The notes under the pieces: generated by a model
What the model was told of the DNA's origin: nothing
Databases searched by the model: none
Seen by the model: the letters and a program-made list of their open reading frames with translations, nothing else
Assembly: GCA_051294905.1 (NCBI GenBank)
Contig: CM119384.1
Location: 11,780,001 to 11,844,000, forward strand
Reading direction: 5' to 3'
DNA from: Botryllus schlosseri
Taxonomy: Eukaryota
Length of the DNA: 64,000 bases
Part shown: piece after piece, positions 39,601-49,400 of the stretch
Numbering within the stretch: position 1 is the stretch's first letter
Layout: the number at the start of each line of letters is the position of its first letter
Made by a program: the position numbers and the translations under genes

Positions 39601-40207
39601 GCCACCGCTGGCGCAGTCGAGCACGACGGACATTGTGATTACATGCGCATGCATTTCACGCTTAAAACAATTGACCGCAACCCCATTTTTTCATCCTGTT
39701 CGCACCTGTGGATGCCATCCCATGAAATGAAGATATAATGGCAAGAGATATAGTCTGATAACGACACTGCGTCCGTATATTTTGTGGAAAATGATCATCA
39801 TGTTGTTGAATCCTTCAGGAAATGCACAGCTGCAATTGTAAATACTCCTAAGCTAGGAATGGCAGAGATCGACACAGCCATCATCAACTGCTCAGAATTG
39901 ATCATCGGGCCTTCATTTCATTGCATAACAATAATGACATTTCGCAAAAACTACTCTGAAATTACGCTTCATTACCACATCAACGACCTGCTACTCAGTA
40001 AATGACCCGCAGCTTCCGTTCCAGCAAACACTGGAGCTGCTGCGATGTCTGCCATGCCGTGATCGCTTGTATTAATACTTTGATCCTTACACTTTCCTCA
40101 CAATCGCAGAAACCCCGCCGAATTCTGTAACGGATCTCAAAGAGAACCTGAAAGCTTACGACAATCGTGGTATGACGCCTCCGGATAAGCCAGATGGTCA
40201 CCTTTAG
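687..40207 (+). CDS. PKHD1L1: Fibrocystin-L-like gene 1 (multi-exon, 5' end outside the window)
   Basis: Spliced exons with GT-AG boundaries and consistent phases, e.g. 687-823, 878-1025, 1301-1447, 1521-1625, 2683-2866, 15379-15590, 38361-38490, 39089-39211, 40110-40207. Translations match fibrocystin-L motifs as I recall them: WSSQYTWGGNPPPQEGEFVVV (G8), CPEGFDTGEFKQQTCFQ/GRFGEEEGSDQFG, GQAFRLGRYPIHFH, DITPAAFWVTNPNN, RKKRLTHPFGW, PSDCVDMECDGMKK, GLGDYRIPK, QDHGWCNGYTCQERLSTFW. The last exon is less certain than the body. Confidence 0.93.
2405..2550 (-). mobile_element. LINE/SINE 3' end, copy 2
   Basis: Same family as 95-230. On - it ends aataaacctgattgattgatt. Confidence 0.62.
7715..9526 (+). 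CDS. hAT transposase (GTF2IRD2/EPM2AIP1-like, SPIN/Buster family), intronless, about 603 aa from ATG 7715
   Basis: N-terminal zinc finger (CLLC...KRHYKTH), catalytic motifs SLALDS, ATDGCPAM, HCIIHQESL (CxxH), VRWLSR and FGSTYVCEALFS. The first ATGs are 7715 and 7721; the ORF track's GTG start at 7535 is probably not used. Confidence 0.92.
   Translation: MIMSGSDQPAKKSRTLVQENRAFQSEWEEAYFQIEENGKAKCLLCPIIINGVKSFNVKRHYKTHAGKYDVYQGESRKRKLECLKSERSKQGKMFLKKKEPEEVTITSYKISHLLASNMKPYSDGEITKQAIVLFTEDNCSPAIQQKAKKLQLSNDTVTRRVDCISQDLHEQLIHKSQDFSYYSLALDSTNDITDIEQLAVFIRGVMPDFKICEEFLTLRSIHGTTKGTDMFREFHATLQEAHLDPSKLYSLATDGCPAMLGKNLGLQGLVNKWRAEQNLDAVTWQHCIIHQESLVAKSLKMSNVTDIVISTVNWIRANALNHRKFKAFLTDIDADHGDLIMFTAVRWLSRAACLKRFYALLPEIKIFVEGKKDIPQLGNEHWVADLAFMVDITSHLSSLNRNLQGNNKLCHAWYGTVSGFIEKLCLWRKHLEEGVTTHFVTLSNHRQNGSFKTYDQVISTLIDGFKRRIEGMHHSVPLMNIFSNPMAVDAATAPDIFQMELLDLQSDIELRLLFQSNGLLEFWGAVPEEKYPNLIANASKNACMFGSTYVCEALFSKLVRIKSKYRNRLTDRHLKQLLCTASSTMKPRYDKLVKNQIQFQVSH
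9533..9676. repeat. Perfect 34-bp inverted repeat just after the transposase stop, with AATAAA in the loop
   Basis: 9533-9566 aaatagatagtgatcaccacagatttagcgtcac is the exact reverse complement of 9643-9676. aataaa lies at 9631-9636. Confidence 0.95.
9847..9966. repeat. Tandem array of about 8 degenerate 15-16-mers (gttttggccgtcgct) inside the hAT 3' region, probably part of a nested non-autonomous element
   Basis: Visible repeats such as ttggccgtcgctg. It is preceded by a direct repeat cggtgaaggg (about 9724 and 9751) around a gtatacc...ggtatac palindrome. Confidence 0.75.
10205..10340 (-). mobile_element. Hammerhead-motif repeat, solo copy A (core CUGAUAA, G8A substitution, probably inactive)
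   Basis: On -: ttaccc-ctgataa-g-tgtcagc-c-gaaa-atat-tc-gggtt. Homologous to the other arms listed. Confidence 0.8.
11901..12249. mobile_element. Degenerate Kolobok-like MITE, same family as 17477-19177
   Basis: Termini agggtcattgcactctaaatatgatgta and ccacaccatatttaaagtgcattgcccct, with TTAA-like flanks ttat/tcaa. Confidence 0.7.
13365..13500 (+). mobile_element. Degenerate SINE-like fragment
   Basis: A tRNA-like box remnant (gggttaggttccc) is followed by taaatgggtagggttgtaacgggacgagtatccggc. This resembles a widespread SINE core as I recall it; not checked against a database. Confidence 0.4.
17477..19177. mobile_element. Kolobok-like TTAA MITE with ~165-bp TIRs, containing nested insertions
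   Basis: ttaa|aggggcactgcactctaaaaatgatgtggtct at the left and agaccacatcatttttagagtgcagtgcccc|ttaa at the right. The arms 17477-17640 and about 19005-19177 are near-perfect reverse complements. Purine-starting termini plus TTAA fit Kolobok better than piggyBac. Confidence 0.78.
17659..18883. mobile_element. Non-autonomous hAT element nested in the Kolobok-like MITE
   Basis: TIRs cagtgctcttcaacc and ggttgaagatcactg; TSD aaatagaa/aaatagta (7/8). Confidence 0.85.
23039..23511. mobile_element. Probable MITE with short TIRs
   Basis: gggcaagttttt ... aaaaacttgccc, with internal repeats of ttttcacaaaagttg. No clear TSD. Confidence 0.5.
24983..26529 (+). other. Second G8 domain exons of gene 1
   Basis: GTWMVVKQSLPKMNKLWIEGVLEIE, GGRLIVGWEDSAFRGLANIVLRGNH, GVIGGLDLHG, WEEGDEIVIAGTG. 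Confidence 0.8.
27290..27545 (-). mobile_element. tRNA-derived SINE
   Basis: On - it begins atagtgtaatggtagagcgtcc (A box) and ggtcgtgggctcaatccc (B box). Its body is homologous to 30672-31520 and 37897-38150. Confidence 0.8.
30672..31520 (-). mobile_element. tRNA-derived SINE split by a ~560-bp insertion (about 30800-31362) rich in ttttgacaaaa repeats
   Basis: 30672-30790 matches 27290-27380 and 31370-31520 matches 27385-27530. The insert has gcgattttt/aaaaatcgc ends. Confidence 0.7.
34106..34395. mobile_element. hAT MITE (cagYggttctcRa family)
   Basis: TIRs cagcggttctcgaac and gtttgagaaccgctg; TSD tgttagat/tgttaggt (7/8). Confidence 0.88.
34578..34693 (-). mobile_element. Hammerhead-motif repeat, solo copy B (intact core CUGAAGA, UUU triplet) with a 13-bp TSD
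   Basis: On -: accc-ctgaaga-g-tgtcagc-c-gaaa-atat-tt-gggt. Flanked by the direct repeat ataggtgtctttg at 34565-34577 and 34694-34706. Confidence 0.8.
37084..38243. mobile_element. Non-autonomous hAT element with gactcgagtc subterminal arrays, containing a SINE
   Basis: TIRs cagtgttgg/ccaacactg; perfect 8-bp TSD ctacttag at 37076-37083 and 38244-38251. Confidence 0.92.
37897..38150 (-). mobile_element. tRNA-derived SINE with a (TC)n tail, nested in the hAT element
   Basis: On -: gatagtgtaatggttatgcgtcc (A box), gtcgtgggttcgatccc (B box), then gggtcataccaaagactcgaaaattggtatcc. This core resembles the MetaSINE-type domain from memory (unverified). The tail is (AG)n at 37897-37917 on +. Confidence 0.85.
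38361..38490 (+). CDS. Transmembrane exon of gene 1
   Basis: cag|ATT AAC...TTC A|gtgag encodes INEDNVGVSPVDNSNIILIVCSVVGGLLVVSLIVVLLVKGPFF; it matches the gene 2 exon at 45321-45444. Confidence 0.85.
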
Positions 40208-40385
40208 TCTGTCGATACATTTGTAATCATTTATGTTATCCTATTGCAGTAGCATAGCACTTACATCACCAAGTTCCTGAGATTATTTCCTTCTATTCTC
40301 ATATCGTACTGCTTTTTAAAATGTTAAAAGTGGGCCTGTATCATACGTGTGAAATAGTCAACAATTAGTTTTGTTACGATTTAAA

Positions 40386-40391
40386 AATAAA
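40386..40391 (+). promoter_or_regulatory. Candidate polyadenylation signal of gene 1
   Basis: AATAAA about 180 nt after the predicted stop at 40207. Position is the only evidence. Confidence 0.4.
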
Positions 40392-40701
40392 CTAGAATTT
40401 TGCACAATGAACATTTCTTTGCAAACGGAAGTCGTGACGCGCAGCCAGCAACGTGGGGTGATTGGCAGCAGTTTACTGTCGTAAGGTGCAGGGGTGACGG
40501 AGGAAATTGTTCGTAGTTAATGGTAACATTAAAGATACTTTGTTATTTTTTCGACCATACCGATTTTATTGCACTTGGTGGCAATGTTTGGGGACGATCA
40601 TGACGGAAATGTGCTAGTTCCAGTCACGTTCGTAGCTTTGTACTATATGTTTCGTATAATTCGATACGGCCAACCAAGGTTTCAACAGTGAAAATTACTG
40701 T

Positions 40702-40951
40702 CGAAACTAGTATTCTCGTTGATAAATTAACTCGCAGTGGCGAGGAGCGTATAATTTCAGTAGTCGAGAAAATCGTCTTTTACTTCTCGACTCGAATCAT
40801 CACAATTAGTAGGCCTACTCGATTCAGATTCGATCACTCGCAATAATTCTAATGATTCGAGTCGAGTAGTAAAATACGATATTTTTCGAGTACTGAAATG
40901 ATACGTTCCTCGCAACTGAAAGTTAATTCATTACCGAGAATTATAGTTTTG
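40702..40951. repeat. Imperfect ~250-bp palindrome (foldback MITE-like) centred on agtaggcctact (40808-40819)
   Basis: cgaggagcgtataatttcagtagtcgagaaaatcgt pairs with acgatatttttcgagtactgaaatgatacgttcctcg. Confidence 0.8.
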
Positions 40952-41124
40952 TTACTATGTCGCGGAACGATCGCTAGTGTCTACACTACACTCTACACCA
41001 CCTTAGAACACTATGCTTCCAAATCCCCAGATGGAGGGTAACTCTGAAGATATCATGATTATTCGTCGTAAATGCATGTCAGGAAACCTGGTATTCTAAC
41101 CAGATGTCTGAAGATAGAATATAC

Positions 41125-41511
41125 TAGAGCCCAACCGATTATCGGCGAGCCGATAATATCGAGACGATATCACATTCTGAAAGAATTATCGGTGTCGGCC
41201 ATTGGAGCTGAAAAATTATCGGCAATTTTCGTGACGTCACAACATTGCGGTAGGAAGTCAGAAAACTATCATCTTTGACCGCTAGACGGAGAATATTGAT
41301 ATATTTCATATAGCTTACACTTTACAGGTGCCCAGATGCAGCGTTTCTAGTTTATTTCATATTCAAGTAATAATGATGGCTGAAAAGATGCTCTGAAGCT
41401 TTGAAAATGTGCTTATATATATCCAAATTCTTTTGAATATCAGCTGAATGCAAGCGGTCAAGGTGTGAGCTATCGGTATCGACCTAAAAATCCAATATCG
41501 GTCGGGCTCTA
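41125..41511. mobile_element. hAT MITE
   Basis: TIRs tagagcccaaccgat and atcggtcgggctcta; TSD gaatatac/aaatgtac (6/8); ccgata subterminal repeats. Confidence 0.8.
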
Positions 41512-43063
41512 AAATGTACCAAAGATTATATTGCTGCTATCTTTGCGCTCGAATGTGCTGCCGCGATAAAGTGCCTTAAAACCCCATTGGAAGTCGGATA
41601 TGTCCGTTGTAGTTGTCCATGGCACTAACATAATAACAGAAAGGGAAGTCAAATTGATGGATTAACTTTGCCAGAAGTGCAAAAGGGCATATATTTGAAG
41701 ATTAAATTTGTAGCAAAGAATACCATTGAACTGTTTTTTTTTCTATATTTGGACCAATGTCGAAAATTGAAGTTAGTGCGGGAAACTACTTTCAATTTGA
41801 ACAAAATGATAATAATTTTATAAATTTATACCAAAATGTTCATTAATTCCTGCTACGGGTCAATTTTTTTTCAAGTCATGACCCTACTGTATATACTGTT
41901 CAGACAGGGCTGCTTTCCAATTTGAATCCAACAACCACTAAACCTGTGGTCATCTGATTAAAACAATAACAGCTCAATGTATTGTACATGATATATTTGT
42001 ATATATGCAAACACAGTGGTGGCAGAAAGAATTAAAATGAAACATCTAAAAAAAAGCTACGACTATTTGGATACTATTACTACAAAGATGAAAAATTGTT
42101 CTCCATTGATTTACTCTGATGATCAGGTAATCTGCTGAAATCTTCATCTTCACTACTGTTCGCTACGAAACTTCTATAGATTTCTCCAGTGAAATTCTGT
42201 AGACCAAATTGAAAAAATCTTCATTAACAATATCCTCATGTAACCAGCAGCACGTAAAATTCAATTTTATAAATGCAGTTGACATATTTCCTCGATGTAA
42301 CAAGCACGAGAATAATATTTTAGAAGGTAAATGATACGAGGAAAGTGTTGGCAAAATTATGTCACACAATGTCTTCCATCTTCAAATATTTCATTTCACC
42401 AAGCATCCGTATTTGTGTTAACTTCGTAATTTGAAAAAGTCGAATTGATTTGTAGACATATTGAGCAATACTGTACGAAAGAGCCATTCAGTACCATTAT
42501 TATCTATTCAATCTATCACTATAAATTCGCACGTTAGACAATCAAAATTAGGCATAAAATCACAGTAATTCATCATAAATATCGTAGACCAACATTCAAA
42601 CTCAAAACATTCATGTATATTTTGTGCATTGCGAATATTTGGTTTCAGCAGTAAATTTGACCTTTTTGCTCCGTGTGAGATGCAAAGCAGCTTAGGTAAA
42701 GCCACAAATCATAGTTTTCAATTTCAAATACCATTGCCTGTTAGAATATGTGCTTACCTTGATATTCAATTAACATCTGTGAAAAAAAGCAAGAATGATT
42801 AAGACAGGTATGGAAGAATATTTATTGAAGGTGCCCTGCATGTTACACGATGTATAAATGTACATATAAGAAATGAAAAAAGCTTCTTTTCTGATGCCAT
42901 TCCTTAACTCGCAAATAATCTTTTACTCATCTTGTCTTAATTTAATGATTGATATCATCACGGTACCAGTATTCTAGCAGTATGCCAGATAGGTAAAAAA
43001 GGCAATATAATATGTTACTGGAGGGTAGGTGCTTGTCACTGCTAGATCAATATTGATTAAAAA

Positions 43064-43069
43064 TTTATT
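43064..43069 (-). promoter_or_regulatory. Candidate polyadenylation signal of gene 2
   Basis: tttatt on +, about 350 nt past the predicted stop at 43417. Position is the only evidence. Confidence 0.3.
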
Positions 43070-43195
43070 GGGACATACATAGGGTAGAAGTCAGGATGCA
43101 AATCGAAATTAACTAAGGCTGAACATAATACAAGTAAGAAAATAGAATACTTTTGGGGGCTTCTACTTGGAAATATTAAGCAGCTTTAAACCCAT

Positions 43196-43254
43196 TTCAG
43201 TTTCTTAATAGATTTGCACATCTTCAGTTTCTTAATAAATTTGCACATCTTCAG
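43196..43254. repeat. 27-bp tandem duplication
   Basis: ttcagtttcttaataRatttgcacatc occurs twice, followed by ttcag. Confidence 0.85.
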
Positions 43255-43416
43255 AAGTGACTTTGCGAGAGCTACTAAGACATTAAAAACTTGATAAACT
43301 AATGAAAATACAGTCACCGTAGTAATAATACCGGATTCACAATTATTTGTTTGGTTGTCGTCAAAAACAAACCTGTGAATCGACAACCCACTGTGCAAGA
43401 TGTCAAGGGTATCTAC

Positions 43417-46400
43417 TCAATTTGTTTCTAATCCAGGGATTTTTAGATCTGGTGTAGGGAGAAGCAAATCCATCTCGGGTTACGTTTTGTCAATAACACA
43501 CAATGAAAAATAATCTAGGTTAAGATAAAAGTAAATAGTGCACCTTCATGGTATGCTTCATTGTGGACATCCATAGTGCTTCTCACAAATTCGGTGTGGC
43601 TCGACGAAGTTCCAATGTCACTCGGAGTTACCTTGTAAGGTTTGCTAGGTACTGAAGCATAACATACAATAGTTGGTATGAGGTTCAGAAATGTTCATTC
43701 TGTCAGAATATTCAATATTAATCGACAGTATTGGTTGGATATGGAGTACACACATTCTCTATTGCAGTGGTTCTCAACCTTTTTGGCTTCGCGGACCCCT
43801 TTTGACCGTCACGGACCCTCGCGGACCCCCTCATGTTTTAGTTCAATTTTAGCTCTATTATGGTGCAACCTTTATCTGTCTTGTACAAATATGAACTGTA
43901 GGTTTGTGGTAAACAGCAAAATTATGATTTTCCTTGAAAATAACCTCATATACCATTTACGTAGAAATTGGTAGACTTTTATTATTTCAAAGCTAATTTT
44001 GCTGCTGTATTTCTTGAAGTACTAGGTCGTGTCTTGAAAATCCACGTCTTCGTTTTGATATGAACCAGGACTGCCGAAAACCATTTCCGCAAAGATAGAT
44101 GGAAGCTAATGCAATATTAACGCATAACGCTTCCGACGTTACTTTTGGTGTGATCGCAACATTTATGGCACCAAACTTAAGAAACATATATTTTATGAAC
44201 ATATCACGTCCAGCATCTAGCGCAGGGACGGCAACATACGGATCGCGAGCCGCAGAGAGTTTCTATTGTCAAAGTGGAATCCTAATCTAAAAGTATGGAC
44301 AAATTTTATGCGCCAAAGAATGGATCCAAGTTTTCCAATCTGAGAAAGACTGTCAGGAAACGACTTGTTATGTTCGGGTTTACGGATATATTTAAGAGCA
44401 AACATTTTCGACCATGAACAATTGAACATTAACAAGACAAGGCTGCATACAAATATAACTGGTGATATGAATTTCAGGGTTGGAGAAAATGCTTTGATAG
44501 CAACGAAACACTCCTTGTTCATAAAAAAACAGCCTTGTCGATAGAGAATCCGCAATAAGAATGTGCCAAATCTGATAGCCGAGCTTTAAGGGCAGGTATA
44601 TCATCATTGTCTGATTTATGACGAGTGTCAGCCGAAAGTACTCGGGTTCATTACAATATGAATATACTATTCAATTGTATATTGAAGTTCTGTACCTTCA
44701 AGAAGCTGTTCAAAAACTGGTTATGTATATCACAGGATAAAATGGATTTCGTGGCAAGGTTTCAGTCCCTGCATTGGAACAAATCAGGGAAATACTTCGG
44801 AAATTTTTATTTCAAACGACTGTTCACTAATTTTATGAGACTGACAACTTCGCACCGAAAAGGTTTCGCAGACATTACGAAGTCATCCTGATTGACGTTA
44901 TCTCCATATTTTTATTTTTTCCACAAACCCCAACAAAACGTCTCTAAACAGCAATATGTTTGTATCAGCAGACTATTGAAAAATTAACAATGAAAATGAT
45001 TTTCCACACTACGATAGTTCATGTCAGACGATTATTATTATGATACGAGTCATGAGGTTTTAGCAGTTGTGGTGCGAAACTGCCTCATGCTTTCTCAAAT
45101 TAAAAAATAAAATAAAAATTAGGTTATCAACCATTTAAAAAATTTAGAGGTCTCGCGGATCCCCTGAAATTGCTTCGCGGACCCCTGGTTGAGAACCGCT
45201 ATCTATTGCATAGGCCCCACCAATGTCACAGCTAACACGCTCAATTGCTTACATGTCTTCGCAGCGTGTGTGGATCATTGGTAATGTAAATCAAAGAGCC
45301 AGAACCAAGAATATTCTTACCAGAGAAGTTAGCCTTGACCACGAAAAATGCAATGAGTCCAATCACAAGCAGTCCTCCAATAATACTGAAGACAATTATG
45401 AAAACATTGTTGTCATTAACCTCAATCACTCCAGCAGCAGAAACCTGAAAAGAATTTGAATGTTTTCAAAATAGGTAGCCCTACATCATTGAGTTATTTA
45501 TCTTGAAAACCGTTGATGATTTTGTTTTTATACTAATTTCCCTTGGAATAGCAACACTTAATGCACACTACGTCATATAAGCTACAGTTCGCTTGAAATG
45601 ATATGTATCAACAAGGATCTATGTTTTGTAACTTTCATCACCATTATTATGGAACATTACACATGCACACGAGAACAACATACTTCCAGGGTCGCAACCA
45701 ATTCACAAGGCTCCGAGTCACAAGTCAATCTCACTTTTATAGTTTTAACTCGAGTCATATCAAGTCATTTTCAATTCACCACCGAGTCCAAGAGATTGTG
45801 TTGACTGCCCATTTTCAGGTTAAAGTCTTGTTAAACCCACTTTTTATAACTCTGTTTGGTGATATCGAATGGTTCGCATTTATAATATACTAATTTTCCT
45901 CACTTTTAGCAGTTTCTGGTCGCATTTTCAAGTACCAGTACCAATTGACGAAATCCCAATAGTGGGGTTACTTTGCTATTCTTCGAAATTACAATGAAAT
46001 GTCGGTCTTGGCCGTCTGAGTCTCGAGTTATATGACTTGGTTCGAGTCATGTGTAATGACTCGTCCAAGTCTAGTCAATACACAGATTGACTCCCGTCGA
46101 ATCGAGTCATTTCCGTATTTTGAGAAAATGACTCGAGTCATTACAGCCCTGCATGCATCACACTTATTGTAGAAGAGGTATCGCAGCTGTGAGTGCAATA
46201 TATTCTCACGGAAATAGAGCTAGTTTCCACAGTCAATCCGCTTTGAGAACTTGGATAGGTGACTTGAATTCTCAGAGTATATTGGCCGGCGTGTGACAAG
46301 GTCATACCTGAAAATAAATTCCACACACTAGTAATCCCACACTGAGAAAACACGTGAATGCAATCCTACTTGAAAATTCAGCATGGTTGTCTTCGTTGTT

Positions 46401-49400
46401 GAAGTACGCTTCTCCACCTGACACGGATGACCGGGCGTCCGAGGAGCTGACAATGGTAACAGTGGCTTGCCATGGATCGGAACTATGTCCGAGAACAATG
46501 TCATTTCCCTCTGCGTCGACACCAACAGCCTGCAATTGTAATTTACATCATTTGACAACTTGATGAATTACTTAAAACATTCGAATTTGCACTGCACATT
46601 AGGGTGGAGTGAAAATGACTTTTTTTTTTAAATCGAAAAAAGGGGGTTTTAAATCCCGACAAATGACCGAAAAACTTCAAGAAAAATTGATTTTAGGGAA
46701 TTGACCCCATTTTCCAGCCAGCAACCCCCAATTTCTGCGCGGGAGGGGGTAAAATTGTACATCTCGACAACTAATGGTTGTAGTGTCATGATATGTAGCT
46801 CAAAAGCTGCAGAAACGTCATATTTATATAAGTCCTAACAAGGAAGTTTTCTCCATGGTGAACACAAAACGAGTTACAGCCAAAAAACACTAAAATTTTG
46901 AAGCGGGTAAATGGCGGGAGTGAGTATGTTACATGTTAGTGTGATTTGCACAAGAACAGCTAAATAAATAAATCTCATTAGTAAAAGCTCACTGGTAAGG
47001 GCTATTACTCCATCTATTTTTGTAACAGGCCCGCGGGCGATTCCTCTTGTCTTTGCGGGCTACCTGGCGCCCGTGGGCACCGCATCGGTGACCCCTGATC
47101 TAGAATATGGCTGTGGAAGGAGACTATTCCAGCCCATTCAAGGGGTACGACGACCACTCATGGTCTCCTTCCACAATCCACAGCCATATTCTAGATCAGG
47201 GGTCCCCATGCGGTGCCCACGGGCCCCAGGTAGCCCGTGTTCTTGTGTAAATCACACTAACATGTAACATACTTACTCCTGCCATTTACCAGCTTCAAAA
47301 TTTTGGCGTTTTTTTGCCTGTAACTCGCTTTGTGTTCACAATACAAAAAGCTTTCTTCTTAGAACTTATATAAGCATGATGTTTCTGCAGCTTTTGAGCT
47401 ATATATCTTGACTCTACGACCAGTGGTTGTCGAGATGTACAAATTTACCCCCTGCCGCGCAGAAATCGGGGGGGGGGGTTGCCGGCTGGAAAAGGGTAGA
47501 AAAATTTTTCTTGAATTTTTCGGTCATTTGTCAGGATTCAAGAACCCCCACCGCACATAATTATTATAGAAATCATATCAGCCTTTTCTATGCAGGTTTG
47601 AAATAGCACAAATATTTATATTTATGATTTTCAGCAGTAGGTCTGTGGACTCGGAGTTGGGAGTTTCATTTAATTTTCTCTGGATGAAGTCGGAGTCAGA
47701 GAAAATTTGTAACACTCTTTGGAGTCGGAGCTGCGGAATCACATACTGCCTGGAGTCCGAGTGTGTGAGAATGCTTTGACTCTGACTCCAAGTACTTAAA
47801 AATCGATGCTACTTAAAAACTGTCATTGTAGTTACAGAGGTTAGCAAGGCTTTCACATAGCCGGATTTTCACAAACATAATTTCTTTCTGCGAGCATAGT
47901 TTTTGATAAATTCAGACAGTTAGGTTGATTTCCTTGGTAAAAAATATTAACCAAAAATGTAATAAGCATATAATTTTCCAAGTAGATTTACAGGAATGCT
48001 GAAGCTAGAGTTCTGTGAAGAAAATATCTGGAGTCGGAACAGGAATCGGAGTCGATGTGCATAAGTTTGCGGAATCGGTATATTAAAAATGTCTGGGGAC
48101 GTAGTTGGAGTCGGAGATAGAATGAACCAACTCCACAGCCCCAGTCAGAATCAACTGTAGCTACCGGACTTGACTACACCAAGCTACCGGAAAAGTACAC
48201 AATAAGATATGCACCTTTAAAACTTGGGAGAATACCATGCCGGCATATCCCGATGTTGGTTGCTGAACTATTCTGATCGAAGCAGGAACACTGTAGGTGA
48301 CAGCATCAGAATCACTTTCCGTGGAGTTGGTGATGTTTGCATTTCGCTGCAAAAATGATTCAGGTAATATCCTGTTGAACATAAACTACTGTTGATTGTT
48401 GTGTCTGTGTACTTCGGCAGGTGTTCTTTGGTCCACAACAGTGAGTCCTAATACATCAGCTCCGAGATTTGTGTTGAAAGTATTTTCTTGTACAGCATTT
48501 GTGATCCGCGCAGTCATGCTATCCAAGTCCTGGGAGACAAATTGCGTCATGAGGATGATGATAATTACTGGTAGTCTGAATTATGGTGGCAGAGGACAAA
48601 TTAATAGTGATTCCATCAAGGCGGGTCGTTGAAAGGTACATTTGACCAAGTCGGTTTGATTCCATGCTTTCTTTGCTTAGTGATAGATGGAGTCAAACGA
48701 AAATATTGATCGTTGATGAAGGACTTATGCTCAAAATTCCTTCAGAAGATATGGAGCATGATGCACTTCTAGGACACCAGGGTTATATAGAATATATAGG
48801 AGTTCTATATATCCCTGCAAGAGCACATCATAATTATACAATTGCAACGACCTGGCGTGACAACAAGGTAAGGTTATTATTGTCCGACGTGAAGTCTTTC
48901 TGCCCCATTCAAACGACTACCAACAACATTGTAATCTTACCAAGCAATAAATTTGATCTTAATTATAAGTTGTACATCATTGCTCTGAAATCATGTCCTT
49001 CATTCTTTCGTGGCGCAACAACACAATTGTAAATATTCAAGTATCTTTTCATACTACATCGTCTAAGTAGGTCTAATCAATCAATGTTTCAATGGTATCA
49101 CGTTTTCCAGACGGATATCAGAAAAGAAAGAGAAAAGTTTTGTACTTACTTCGGATGAGAGCAGAACAGTAGTTCCATTCTGAAAGAGATAGACATAAGT
49201 TTTTGGCTTACTGCATTTTTACATTCATTAAGGAGAGAAACAAGCCGTATATAAAGTTTCATATACAAGATAAATAGCCTACTTAGTGATAATGAATAGT
49301 ACAATATCTGTTTTGGCAGTTCGGAACTTTTTCATTTCTGTCATAATCTGGTTTACTAGTATCAATAGTATCCACTCACTGAATTGGAGTCCGCCACTTC

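Noticed and set aside
43186-43398. Hydrophobic then basic 70-aa ORF resembling a membrane or antimicrobial peptide
   Set aside because: It starts at TTG, its KKLKMCK repeat comes from the 27-bp tandem duplication, and it lies in the presumed 3' UTR of gene 2.
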